From: the human T2T-CHM13v2.0 reference genome, Homo sapiens
Direction: 5' to 3' (one strand)
Length of the DNA stretch: 64,000 nucleotides
Assembly (NCBI RefSeq): GCF_009914755.1
Contig: NC_060928.1
The notes under the pieces were generated by a model. That model did no database searches. It was not told the DNA's origin and was given only the letters and a program-made list of their open reading frames with translations. How positions within the stretch are numbered: the stretch's first letter is position 1; every line of letters begins with the position of its first letter. The position numbers and the translations under genes were made by a program. This document shows, piece after piece, positions 13,015-27,035 of the stretch.

Positions 13015-14369
13015 CTATATGTCTATGAAGAAGAAAATATTTTACATAGATTGAAGCTGATGAAATTATAATAGTTGGCAACAATGCCAGAGAAAAATAA
13101 GTATCTTAACTGGAAAAAATGAGTTTTAAAAAATAGATGAGAATAATATTTCCGAAAAGGAATGAAGATTTCGAGTGAATGTCGCGTGTGGCAGCATCCA
13201 CAGCTCACGATCCCTGAGAACACACTATTAACTGCCTACTTCAGTCCTTCCCTACCTGAATAGACCCTCAGCTCAGTTTCAGTCTCTCTGAGGTCACTTC
13301 TGACTGTAAGCCAGATACTCATTTTCACATCTCACCTTTCCCCAAAAGCAGCTGGGTTGTCCTCCACTCTCATAACAAGGTTCCATGTCTTGAGAGACCC
13401 TTGTTTCATAATTAGAGGGAAATCTATTTTTACTTCCACTACCTCTGAGAGTCTTTGTAAGGGTTTGAGCTGGGGACTGGGATATACATTACATATTTTG
13501 GATAAAAACTCTTTCCTTCTATTATGGTTTTCCATTGTCCCTACATTACTGATCCTTACTTTGTCTCATTTCTAATGCCTGCTGTGGTCTTTTTCTGTAC
13601 AATGCCCCAATATACTAGATCTCATATTCCTTCATTCCTCAAAAGGCCCACTACTAAGAAGACAGAGTACCAGAAAAGATTTTTCGAAACTTTGATTTAA
13701 TAAGAAGGGTTTCTGAATGTGAATCTTCCACTAACTGCTGAAATTGGAATACTGCAGTCCTAGAAATTCCTGGGCGATTTACCTGCAAGAGATCATTTAT
13801 CCTAGTCCTCGTTCATCACCAAAGCCTTCAGTTTTCACTGTTGAGGGGAGAATTTCTTTGCCCCTTTCTAGGTACCAATCAATCCTCAGCCTCCACATTT
13901 CTGTTATTTTCTCCTGCTAAGCAATTTTTTTCTGCTGCTTATCCCAGACAGGTTCCAGACATAACATTAGCACAGGAGAAAATGCATTAAGGTGTTGTGT
14001 TACATAAGCATCTACCCCCAGATCCTACTCCCTTATAATACAAGGCACTGAAAGAAAATGGGAAATAACACTTTCCTGTTTGTGATGATCTTATTTTTAG
14101 CGGGGCCCTCTTTCCTGCTGGTTTTTGAATATAGAAAAAGGCAACAGTGAAAATGTGTGTTCGACTTGTCCAAAGCAAACCCCTGGATTCCGTAGTTTTT
14201 GTTATACTTATTTATATGCATGAATTCTCACCTGTACTAGACTGTAAGATCCCTAAGGACAGCATTCAGTTTTCATAATAGGTGAACAGACTAGAGTACC
14301 TTAAAAATAAGCTAAAATATCTAAGAAGTAGCATCAGGTATATCTCAGCCTTCCATAAATACATGCTCA

Positions 14370-14730
<361 letters not shown>

Positions 14731-15579
14731 CTAAAATAGTATACAACTGTACCTAAATTAAAATAATTTTTAAAAGTTGAACAGAGGGTAGGGAATTTCT
14801 AGTCATTGACTCATTACTTACCCTGTACACACCCCAAGGTGAATATGTAGCCAGGATTTAAACTGTGTTTTTTGTGCAGAATGTTCTAATGAGTGTCATG
14901 AAGGAATTTCAAAGAACAAAATAAGCATGGCTGCCTTGCCTTCATGAACCGTGTTACACAGAGATAGTGAGAAACATCACAAATGGGATTTCCCCATCAG
15001 TGGATCACTTCTGTCTCACAAAGCCAATTGGGTTGTCCCCCCACGGTGTTATGGGGCCAGTCCCTCTCATTACAGTGCTGGCACAGCAGCTTGGCCTGGA
15101 AGACACTGAGGTGGAGATCAAGGGAATCCTTTGGATGGATTCCTTGGTATTCTGCTACTGAGCCATGCTGGGAGGTGATACATCAGCACAGGGGGAGAAG
15201 CACTTCTCAGCATTCCAAGCAGCCTCCAAATCGTCATGAAAAGGACTCTGTCCACTTTATATAATGATAAAAGCAGAATCAAATGTCACATTTTCTCCAT
15301 GTTAAACTTTTCCCATGCCTTGCATTACATTTGAGATCTGCTCTTCCATATTGTTAGTGAGATGAGAAATAAGGCCATGCATAGAAGAGCCCTTCGTCTG
15401 GGACGTGGGGAAGCAGAGCAGTCTATGAGCTACACTATCCAGGTGGCCTCTCTGGCAATGAGACGATGGGCTCTCCAGAGGGGCCTGAGGGACTTCATGG
15501 AGCTGTCAGTCCCATTAAGGTGGGGAGCAGGAGGCTGTGTCTGTTGAGCCAACCAATGGTGGTGGAGAGTCAGAGGCCA

Positions 15580-15971
15580 TGTTCCTTTGCTGGGGCTACC
15601 GTAACGAAGTACCAGAGACTGGGCGGCCTAAACAAAAGCAGGTTATGTCAGCACAGTTCTGGATGGTGGAAGTCCAAGATCAAGAGGTTGGCAAGGTAGG
15701 TTCCCTCTGAGGCCCCTCTCTTTGGCTTGCAGATGTCCACTCTCCCTCTGTCTCTTTACAAGATCTTTCCTCTGTGCAAGGACATTTCTGGTGTACAAAT
15801 TTCTTCTTCTTATAAAGACACCAGTCAGATTGGATTAAGGCCCATCCTAAAGACTTGAATTAAACTTTATTGTGCAATTTAAGACTGTATCTCCAAAATA
15901 GGCTGTATTCTGAAGTACTAGGGGTTAGAACTTCAATATCTGAATTTTGAGGGGACAGTGAGCCCATCACA
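15580..15971 (-). mobile_element. MaLR solo LTR (MLT1B-like)
   Basis: cacagttctgga...gaagtccaagatcaag...tcttataaagacaccagtcagattggattaaggccc...ggggttagaacttcaatatctgaattttgagggga. Confidence 0.88.
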
Positions 15972-17905
15972 GATGCCACACAGCCGGTAAAAGGGAAGAG
16001 TGGAATGCTACCCTGAGTCTTTCTTGTGTGACAGGCTGATAAACTCCACATGCCAGGAAACATTCATTCAAACAAACAAGAATCTACTCCAAGTTTGGAG
16101 CCCTATTTTCATGCCACGGACAGTCCATATATCATCATTTTTCTGTAGGAATTCCATGAGATGCTTTGAAGTGACTTGCTAAAATAAAGTTTTACTCTCT
16201 AGAGAGAACATAGTTCTTTGAGATTGTATAATTTTGCAAATACTGAAAAGCAATCTTAATGAGCCACTACAGACAGAGGTTTAATACTAAATCTGCACAA
16301 ACTTCTAATTCTAGCGTCAGACAACAGCAATTTATGCTCCAGGTAAGAATTTTGGAGAAAAAGCAAAACTGGATTTATGCAACAGATATTTATTTGAGTA
16401 CAACTTTACATGCAGTACCCTAAAAGGTGTGATATAAGCTGAGAAACTTTAAAATTTAATGTGGCTCCAATAGAAACTTTTCACCTCTGAAAGATAAAAT
16501 TAAACATTGGATAACTTCACAAAATGAATTTGAAACCCTTACAAATTTGGAAAAATTCACTCAGATAAACAATTTAAAATGAGAGGATTTTAGGAATATA
16601 TTTTATGTGGAAGATAAAATTTTGTTCTATATTTTGAATGAGTTACTTTTTATAAATTGACAAGTCTTTATAATTTAATTTTAATTTAATATAATTTAAT
16701 TTTGCAGTTTTAGCCATTTTCTGAGTCATATAAAACACTTACCTAACTCTAAAGAAATATAAAAACTTAAGCTTCAGTCATGAAAAATTTTTGTCTACAT
16801 GAATGAGTATACTTTTCCTCAGGGTCTAAGAAATATTGAAAGCCTACCTTTGGATGACAGAAGGAGGATTTGTTTCTAGATCTGGTCATGAACCATTTCA
16901 AAAACCAAAGTCACATAATTCAATTATTTATACAGAACAGAAAAAAAAATCACAACAAATAATGTCGCAAATAATTACTATTAATTCCAGTAAAATGATG
17001 CACTCCTAATGATGCACCTATAATTCAAGGTTATGGCTGTTTTGTAAGTTGATCTCTCTCTCTTTCTTGCGCTTGGGCGATCAATATATTTTTACTGAAT
17101 ATCTGCTACAACCCCAACCAAAACAAGCTACTATGGAAACAGTAATACATAAGATGAAATCTATAGTTCTCAAAGAGGCTATAATTTTGCATAAAAGTTA
17201 ACAAATTTCATACATTAGTATAAAACACCAGTAAAAGAAAACACAGGTGAAGTAGTAATGTAAAAATTATAATCAAATTTAAGAGAGGTAGAGAACTCAT
17301 TCTTGTTTGCTCATGTTGGAGAAGTCATATCAAAAAAAAGTTACGTATCTAGAATTCAAGGAGATGCTTAAAAATTAAAATTAATTTCATGTGAATAAAA
17401 ATAGAAATAGGAGATGGAAGAGTAAATTCTAGGTAGAGGAAACAATACACTTCTGGGCAATAAATAGTTAAATTATGAAATAATGAGTCAATTCAGTTTG
17501 ATTGAATGACTCTAAGTTATGCCTCAGGGAGTGCAGAGGAATGAATTTGCTTTTGGAAATATCATCTGGGTTATCTAAGAGAGTCTTGAATGACACAGTA
17601 TGGCAATGGGGAACCTTTGTAAGTTTTTGAGTAGGTTAGTAGTATCAAAAAGAGTTGAGCTTGATATAAGACATGCATTTAGGAGTCATCTTCAAAGAGC
17701 TGAGAGTTAAAGCAATGGGCATGTTTATGATGCCTAAAACAAGGACTGAAGGTGGCATGACCTCACAACCTGATCTGCCCAGAACACTGCAGGTCTATTA
17801 TGTATTGTCCTAATGTCCCCTTTGATTAGTGCCCCTGTCTGTTTCAGAAATGTCACAGTTTGGATCATAATTTATATGGTCACCCAAAACAGAGAAAGCA
17901 CAAAT

Positions 17906-18220
<315 letters not shown>

Positions 18221-19784
18221 TCACTTAATGATTATATTTAATAAATGGAAAACAAGTCCAGAAGATGGTAATGGAAAAGTGGAGAGGAGAGTTTGGAAAT
18301 CTCAATTGCATGCATTTGCCTCTATTTCTAGCTGGGCCATGCATCACTCTAGCATTCTTCATACCTGACATGCGTTTAGCTCAATTCACAGTCAGAGGGA
18401 AGAACTGCCCCATGATCATTCCGTTGGTTGTATTTCACTTTGGAATTACATTTCATTCTTTCAACATGATAACTTACTTTTCAAATTATTAATCTACCTT
18501 CAAAATAGTTCTTACTCGTTAAACTACTACCAGACTAAACTAAACCAAGAGAGACTGGTCATGATGGTGATAAATAGCACAGAATTGCGACTGAAAGCAA
18601 TTTGTCAAGTGGATTATTAACGTGTTTCTAGAAGAAAGTTCACCTGTGAGAAGATGACTTTGTACCTCTTTCAATATGATTCAATCTATTTGCCTCCAAT
18701 TCCTCCATTCAATTTCAAACTTCCTGCAGGCAGTAAGAGCCTCTTTTCTATTTTAGTAAAAAGCCTGCAAACATCAGATAAAAAGCGAGGTTGATTGATC
18801 GGCTGAACACGCAGCGCTCCATTAGGGAAGAATGCTGCCATGGTGTCCATATAGCAACCATTAAGAAATTTCGCTGGCTGTGGTGTGAACACACGTGTTT
18901 TAATAGCTTAACTTCTCTGCTGCTAACCTAGCACTGAATTTCCTCCATCAACATCAGCCTCATGCTTCACACTTTTATTATAGCACATTTTCTCTACAGA
19001 AGTCTAATCTCATTGGAGAACATTTAAAGAAGATAGCAAATACTTTTTATAATAGCACTATATTTCTCTATTTAAATAGCAGTAGTTAGTGAGTTTTCAG
19101 CTATCCTAACGCCTATTTGCTTTTACTAAAACTTCCTCTTCATTGGAGAGCTGTGATAATGACTTATTTGGCAGAATATGCATTAAGGAACATCAGTATG
19201 TTAAAATCATCAATATTATCACAAACCGCCTACTAAAACATTGAATTTGCCCATTTCTTCCTGTTTCATTGCCTGCTCTAAGAAGGTGGTGTATAGCACA
19301 CGCGCGTCCTTTTAACTAATGGAGATTGTGCAGTTTCTGTTGTTAAGAATTTGAGATTTTAAGGCCTATCATAACTGTAGTCTTATATTCGAAGTGCTTT
19401 ATTTTACCCTGGTCGTTGTCACTTAGAATCATTCATGAAGCTTTGGTGTGGCCTTCCAGAAAGAGTGGCTTAACCTTTCATTTGTCGTGAAAATTAAAGA
19501 AACTCAGAGTAGTTTTACATTCACCATGTTTGAGAAAATAAAAATAATGATTTTAGCTTTTTAAATATTTTTGACTACACAATAAAATATACAGATAAAG
19601 GATAGAGTCCAGAGAATTTTAGACAAAAATCACTCTGTTAATTCTATTATGGTAAAATTTAAGTCTGAATTCCTGGTTTGACTTTTGCTTACTCAGTTTC
19701 TTTTCATCACTTTAGGTCTCCCTAAATAAGAGTAATTTACTCTTATTGATAAATTGTTAGAATATAAAACGCGGTATTAGTACT

Positions 19785-20410
19785 TTTTCCTTTTTAGATC
19801 TATACATGCAAAATAATGTACCCATTGTAAGTATACAGTTCAATGAGTTTTGATAAAATATATACTTACATAACTCCCAGTCAAGATAAAGGATATTTCA
19901 ATCACCCCACAAAGTTTTATTTTGACCCCAGGGAACTACCTATCTGTTCCCTGTCACTATCATTCTGCCTGTTCCAGTATTTCATATCTGTGCAATCCTA
20001 TGATATGACTTTTTGTGTGTCTTAGTCCCATCAGTTAGAAATATGTTTTGAGATTCTTTCCTGTGGTTATATATGACAGTTGTCAGTTCTATTCATTGGA
20101 AAGAAGTATTTCATTGTCTGAATGAACTTTTTAAAAAAATTCACCTATCTATGGATTGACAATAGAGTTTTGCAGTGCTCAGATATTAGGAATAAAGCTC
20201 TGTCAACCCTTAAATACACACCTTTTTGTGCATGCGTTTTCATATCTGCTGGATAAATGCCTAGAGGCGGAATTGCTACGACAAAGAGTAGGTGCATGTT
20301 TAATTTTGTAAGGAATTGCCAGTTTTCCTGAGTGGTTGTGCATTGTACACTCCCATCAGCAGTGTATGGGAGTTCTGTTTGCTCCACATCCTTGACAACG
20401 CACTGGTCTG
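19785..20410 (-). mobile_element. Old L1 (L1M) 3' region
   Basis: gtatacagttcaatgagttttga...ggataaatgcctagaggcggaattgct...cactcccatcagcagtgtat; ORF 20145..20468 contains a degraded ORF2 C-terminal motif (AIPPLGIYP). Confidence 0.85.
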
Positions 20411-20894
20411 TTTTACTACATGCAGATTCATCTTCGAGAGAAATGCGTTTTTGCAAACCTATGTACAATATCCTGTCTTCTGGAACTATTCTCTGGTCAC
20501 CTTGTGCTTTCTTTTTTTTTTTTTTTTAGCATAAACTATACCATCACCGCTTCGGTTTTTTGTTAGCAATCACCTTCAGGCATTTTATGAAGATTGCCTC
20601 CGCATGATTCAGCAACCTGACATTTTTAAGTTTTCCATTAAAAACAATGTAAGTTAAAGAAAATTAAGCCATCCAGCAAAATGTTGTAAAACAATTTCAT
20701 CACGTTGACCTTAACTTCTTATATTAACAAATATATTTATGCTCATGCTTAAAGCATTTCACACGAGAGAATAACTGATTTTGAATTTTGCTATGATCTC
20801 ATAAACAAATAACTATTAAATATAAACCTCTTATTTCAATATAGACAAATGTTGTATATAATTCTCAAATAATGAGATATCACTCAGTAATAAT

Positions 20895-21060
20895 CCATAA
20901 ACTTAAGTAACTTCTCTGACTCTCTGTTTTTCTATAAGTTAAAAGGGAATAACAATACCAATAATAATGTCTATTCCAGAGAACTCTTAAGATGATTAAA
21001 TGAGTTAATATTTATTAAGAATCTAGCAAGCCTGCTTGCTTCTAGGAAATGCTCTACACA
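20895..21060 (+). mobile_element. MIR fragment
   Basis: taacttctctgactctctgtttt...aaagggaataacaatacc...gattaaatgagttaata. Confidence 0.6.
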
Positions 21061-24000
21061 TTTAAAAATGAATAGATACAGGTAACCCAAACCATATATA
21101 ATGCTGCAACATTGTCAGACATGTGTCACCACACGGAAAAAGTTAATTTCTTGGATATCTTCTAAGCCACACTTTTCAAAATGTGCCATTTAATAAGCTG
21201 CAAATATTCGGAGTTTTGTTGTTGTCCTTTATTTTACCATCTTCCCCTTGAACTGCTGTATTTACTATGCTGTATCTGGTTAAGTGGCTCTAAAGAAAAA
21301 TAGAACCTAGCAAAGGCAAAATGTTATTTTATTCCTATATAAGCTAGTACTTTTGTTCAATTCTTCAAATCTGGTAGTGTTGCCAAACAAAGACAAAGAA
21401 GAACAACAGAGTTTATCTCCACTGTATTTGCTGGCACCTTTGCTTGTTTTTTTAGTTTCCTGCCCTGTCCCCATAGAATGTAATGACCCTGAGGATGTAT
21501 ATACTTTTCATTACAGAAGATGGAGGCCACACTCCCTCCTCTGATTTCCATAGCAGGTTCATTTTAGAATCTCCTGCAGCAAATGACCTCCCAAAGGCTG
21601 CAAGAGCATGATTATTCACATGGAAACCCACTGAGTGGGCTCCTCTCCAGCTGAACTCAGCCATTCTCATGGCACTTGCTTTGATTCATAGCAAAGGTAT
21701 TCCAGGCAATGAATAACAAAAACAACAACAACAAGCCCAATCCTGTGAAAACAAAGGATTTGAACACAGGGCAATCATTAGAAAAAATTTTAAAGTGATT
21801 ACCTGTCTTTTAGATTCTGCTAAGTATGTATGTTACTTACGAAAGTGCTTTTGGAAATGTGCTTTAACCATCAAGCTTAATCAGGCAGCATGTTCTCCCC
21901 GAAACTATTACGGTAAAAATGGAAAAAAAATGCTTCCTAACAGTTTGAGTTATTGAGATGACCTCATTGTTTTTCTGAATCCTATGGCCTTGGATGTTGT
22001 TATACAAGTTATTCACATTTAAACTTCAGATTCTCATTTTTAGCATAAATAATTCAGTTCCAACTTTCCTAAAGTCATTCGTGGAAGCCCCAGCTTTTAG
22101 CAAAAACAGAATGAAACAAAACAAGATAAAAACCTTCAAAAATAATAATAAACATTATTCAGAGTTCTGCATTTCTCAGACCATTCCAGCAACTCCATTA
22201 ATGTGCCATTGTCTAAAGACTCTCACATTTTTTTATTACTTTTAACTCAACTTAAAAACTAAAGTGTACCTCAGACAGATAGTTGGTGCTCAGAGCCTCT
22301 GCAGGATGGAATTCTGAGAGAATGGTTTACTATTTATCTTTCATTTTAAAGAGTTCATCTGTAAAATGAACTGGGTTTGGCTTTAGTGGGAAATTAGTCC
22401 ATTTTGGAACTTTTAATAAAAAACAAAGAAAGAAAGCAAACGCCTAAACTGTGTCACCCATCTTTGTATAACCATGTGATTTCCTTAGTTCTGCTTTCTT
22501 ATACATTTGCATTTCAATTTTTGTAGCTTCCTATACTACAAATCCCACAATATTTTATGAGCATTTGTGTTTGAGAACCTTGAAATGAAGTGCTATTCAC
22601 CTCTGTTCGGTATATGCTTTATCATATTGTAATTTTTCTGCAATGCAGATAATTGCCTGATTGTTGAGTGACTTATGAATTCACTAGAAATAATGTAAAT
22701 GGTTTTCCACAATGATTTTTGAAAATACATTTTACAAGAACCAAAGCAGGATGATATGTGATTGTTGGATTTTCAATATTATAGGTAAATTTATATCCTT
22801 TATTCTTACATGGTATTTCTCATTAACTGGATTTGAGTTAAACAAAACAATTTTTCTTGCATTTACATTTTGACAAATTCAATGAAGTGGGAAAGCTGGT
22901 GAACTGGAAAAATATGGAAATTGGCCACACAAGGCTGTTTAATAAAGAATGGGGGTTTTATAAGCAAATGTAAATTTTATCTCCTAAAATAGGTGTATTG
23001 TCTGTTTTGCCTATTCAGAACTCTTCTTTCTTTACCTTTCTGTTTTCAGTGTTAGGAGAAATTCATAACAATGGAGCTATGTTTTTAAAGACCAAGTTTG
23101 TGCAAGTCCCACAGAGAATTTTCATGAGAGATCATGATCATCAACAAACTACTGAGGTTTAGGAAGGTTAAGTATTTGTCACAAGGTCACACTCCTAGCC
23201 AGTGGTGGAGTCACGCAGCTTCATTTGGATGATATACTAGCTCTTGAAACTACTCATTCTTCTCTTTTTTTCTTAAACAGGACCTTCTCTTTTCTTTTAC
23301 AAGCTTCACCATTCTTGACTTTCCTGATTTCTGATTTGTCTATCACATACGTTCTTGAGCATGCTAGATTTTTTTAAAAAAATGTTTGCCATCCATTTTA
23401 TCTTTGAGTAGTTCTTTTTTCTTTTAATATCCAGTCTTTTCCCACGTACATATTTATAATCCCTCATTTACTGCAAATCCCTGCAGTTTAAAATAATATA
23501 AATATCTGCCTACAACAAAAGCCATTTCATTTCCTCCATAGGTATAGTCTGTGCAAAATTAAACAAGAATCAAATCAATATAGAGACTAGTTCTTATTAC
23601 TCGATAATATCTGTTTTCTTTCAAATCTAATGATTATATGATATAAAGTTTCTCATAATATTATTTGGCCATAATTTAAAAACCAAAAGTGAAGTTACAC
23701 ACTTTTAAGACTTACCCTCCGATTTCATTATTGAGAAAACTAAAGCCCACAGATCCTGTTGAAGGTCACACACTTAAAGGTTTGGGAAAAGAAATAACTC
23801 ATTTGCCTTCCTCGTTTCAGAATTTGCTCTGCAATAGACTATCCCAGTTTTCATCGGATTATGGGTAAAATGTTGTATTTATTATCACTATATAGACATA
23901 CCACCAAAAATTCTTATTAAAATAAATAATAAGCTCAGCTCATTGAGACTAAAAACTTTTTTACATCTAATAAGATTTTTAGCTTGTTTTAGAATATTTG

Positions 24001-24159
24001 ATAAGCACATAAAATTGATATGCATCTGATTTATTAGTGAATAGATAAAAACAAACCATTTCCCTCTATGTAAAAGCCAACTTTAGTGATATTAACACTT
24101 TTACACCCAAAAGGCTAATATCCATGTTTCTAATACTTTAATACTCTAACACTTGTTTA

Positions 24160-24570
24160 ATATCAGTTAGGATTGGAGTGGTCTATATATAACAGAAAAT
24201 CCAAATATTGGCTTAAACACACCAAGTTATCCTCTCATGTAAAAGAATTCAGGCGGATTACAGCTCAAAGGTGACACAGAGGTTTCATGAATTTGAATGA
24301 AACAAGACCCTTCATTCTTATTTTTCCCCTCAACCCTCAGCATGTGACTCTCATTCACAAGATTGTGCCATGGCCCAAGACAGCTGCTGGAAACACTGCT
24401 ATCATTCTGCTTTCCAGGCAGCGAAAAGGAAGGACAGGAAAAGCACAGAACGGCTCCCCTCTTCCTGAGTCAGCACTGACGCGGCCCTCAGAGATGGTCC
24501 ACACAGTGCTTCTGCGCGTCGATCATTTGCCAGAACTCAGACACAGGGGTCACCCCTACCCACAAGACTT
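24160..24570 (-). mobile_element. Old MaLR LTR (MLT1J/K-like)
   Basis: tcagttaggatt...taacagaaaatccaaa...tggcttaaac...ccaagacagctgctg...ttccaggcag...tttgccagaactcag. Confidence 0.7.
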
Positions 24571-25400
24571 TAGAATATGATTATGAAACGTATTCTGTTT
24601 ATATCAGATGCATAAAAAAGAAAAAGACAATGATATTGGGTTGACAAATAACTATCTATCTAACATGTAATTTGGAGAATAAGGCCACGTGAAACCTTAA
24701 TTTGCAGTCTTAAAAAATAAATCCATCACACTAGGAAATATAGTTTTTAAAAAAGCTTAAAATTATACTTCAGAAACTGTGGTATAATTTTAGAACACCC
24801 TCTAAAAAAGTCAATCAGAAGTAAATCCTTGAAAATCTATGTGCCTTGATTGGCTTACTTGTAAAATAAAGAAATTAAATCTGCCTTTGAGATCATATAA
24901 GATAATGCTGATGATAGACATACCAGATGTGAAAGGGCTTTGCAAAATTATATTTTTAATTGTGCATGGAGGAGTTTTAAAAGAAATCCTTGATGTTTAC
25001 TTATTATTATTTTCTCAAGCATGTTTTAAGAACTGAATAAGCATCAGTACAATTTTCCGTGAATTAACATCTGTGGAAAGTCAGTCAGTCTAAGGGGTGG
25101 GACGCTATGGAGGTGGGCCCCTCATGCCCACGTTCCCTATTCATCCACACTCTATGACCATCACAAACCTCTTACAATGTTGTCTATTTTTTCCAGTTTT
25201 GAGTCAAGATTTTCTTAGCAAATTATTTCTTCCATTCAAAATCCTGTTCTATTGAAATCACATGTGACACAAATAGATTGGGTTATCAGCAAGCTAATCA
25301 TAGACTGTTGCTTAATCAGCCTTTTTGAACTAGAGCCAAATTAAATGGCAACACTTAGTCATGAAGCGAAATGAAATGACTGATTGTGTTATGATAAGAC

Positions 25401-26523
25401 TTCAGGTGTTTCACTATAAAAACTGCACTCGGGTGTCTCGCTGTAAAAGCTGCACTCGGGTGTCTCACTATAGAAACTGCACTCGGGTGTGTCACTGTAA
25501 AAGCTCCACTCGGGTGTCTCGCTGTAAAAGCTGCACTCGGGTGTCTCGCTGTAAAAGCTGCACTCGGGTGTGTCACTGTAAAAGCTGCACTCGGGTGTCT
25601 CACTATAGAAGCTGCACTCGGGTGTCTCGCTGTAAAAGCTGCACTCGGGCGTGTCACTATAAAAGCTGCACTCGGGTGTCTCACTGTAAAAGCTGCACTC
25701 GGGTGTCTCACTATAGAAACTGCACTCGGGTGTCTCACTATAGAAACTGCACTCGGGTATCTCACTATAGAAACTGCACTCGGGCGTGTCACTATAAAAG
25801 CTGCACTCGGGTGTCTCACTGTAAAAGCTGCACTCGGGTGTCTCACTGTAAAAGCTGCACTCGGGCGTGTCACTATAAAAGCTGCACTCGGGTGTCTCAC
25901 TGTAAAAGCTGCACTCGGGTGTGTCACTATAAAAGCTGCACTCGGGTGTCTCACTGTAAAAGCTGCACTCGGGTGTCTCACTATAGAAACTGCACTCGGG
26001 TGTCTCACTATAGAAACTGCACTCGGGTGTCTCACTATAAAAGCTGCACTCAGGTGTCTCACTATAGAAACTGCACTCGGGTGTCTCACTATAAAAGCTG
26101 CACTCGGGTATCTCACTATAGAAACTGCACTCAGGTGTCTCACTGTAAAAGCTGCACTCGGGTGTCTCACTATAAAAGTTGCACTCGGGTGTCTCACTAT
26201 AAAAGCTGCACTCGGGTGTCTCACTATAGAAACTGCACTCGGGTGTCTCACTATAAAAGCTGCACTCAGGTGTCTCACTATAGAAACTGCACTCGGGTGT
26301 CTCACTATAAAAGCTGCACTCGGGTATCTCACTATAGAAACTGCACTCAGGTGTCTCACTGTAAAAGCTGCACTCAGGTGTCTCACTATAAAAGTTGCAC
26401 TCGGGTGTCTCACTATAAAAGTTGCACTCGGGTGTCTCGCTGTAAAAGCTGCACTCGGGTGTCTCGCTGTAAAAGCTGCACTCGAGTGTCTCACTATAAA
26501 AACTGCACTCGGGTGTTTCACTG
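25401..26523. repeat. 27-bp minisatellite (probable VNTR), 40 full units plus 2 partial
   Basis: Consensus CACTCGGGTGTCTCACTATAAAAGCTG; unit starts every 27 nt from 25426 to 26506; substitutions only, no indels. Confidence 0.99.
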
Positions 26524-26967
26524 CCATATCAGGGCTCTGAGAACCTCAGCACAAGATACTTGGCAACTTTTTAAGTGATTTAATCATTCAAGCAGTTCTA
26601 TAGGATAAATTGGAAAACGATAAGGTTTTGGTACTGAATTGTACTCCTTGGCCATCAATTGGTTAACACCTCCTTTCTTCATGTTATTCTATTTTAATAT
26701 ATCCTGTTGCCTTCATTAATGACATATCCTGAGAATACTTCAGTTATGAAATATATAAATTTAAAACAAAAATGTCTTAACATCTCTACTCAAATGAAAA
26801 ACATACTTAACCTACATGAGGTTAAAGGCAAATAGGTTTTTGTTAACTGTTAAATCTAAATGGTCTCAAATGAAAACTAATGAAATGTAAATATCAAGGA
26901 AAAAGAAACGGCTCCAGAATTAACTATCCAGGATGGTTTCAAGAGAGTCAATCATGAATCCTAAATG

Positions 26968-27035
26968 TTCACTAAGTAACTTATAACACTGAATTGTTAT
27001 AAGTGTGATAATTGTGTTATAAGTTACTTAGTGAA
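26968..27035. repeat. Perfect 22-bp inverted repeat with 24-nt spacer
   Basis: TTCACTAAGTAACTTATAACAC (26968-26989) is the exact reverse complement of GTGTTATAAGTTACTTAGTGAA (27014-27035). Confidence 0.97.

Noticed and set aside
18815-18850. Possible REST/RE1 site
   Set aside because: GCTGCCATGGTGTCC lacks the spacing and GCTGAA half-site of the RE1 consensus.
25453-26343. CTCACTATAG matching the 3' end of the T7 promoter (vector contamination)
   Set aside because: The upstream TAATACGA is absent and the motif is just one variant of the repeat unit.
25401-26523. CRISPR-like array
   Set aside because: Units are directly adjacent with no unique spacers, there are no cas genes, and the context is primate.
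25361-26578. Annotating the 405-aa or 390-aa ORF as a CDS
   Set aside because: Open frames follow from a stop-free 27-bp unit; there is no domain, splice or expression evidence. Kept only as a hypothesis.
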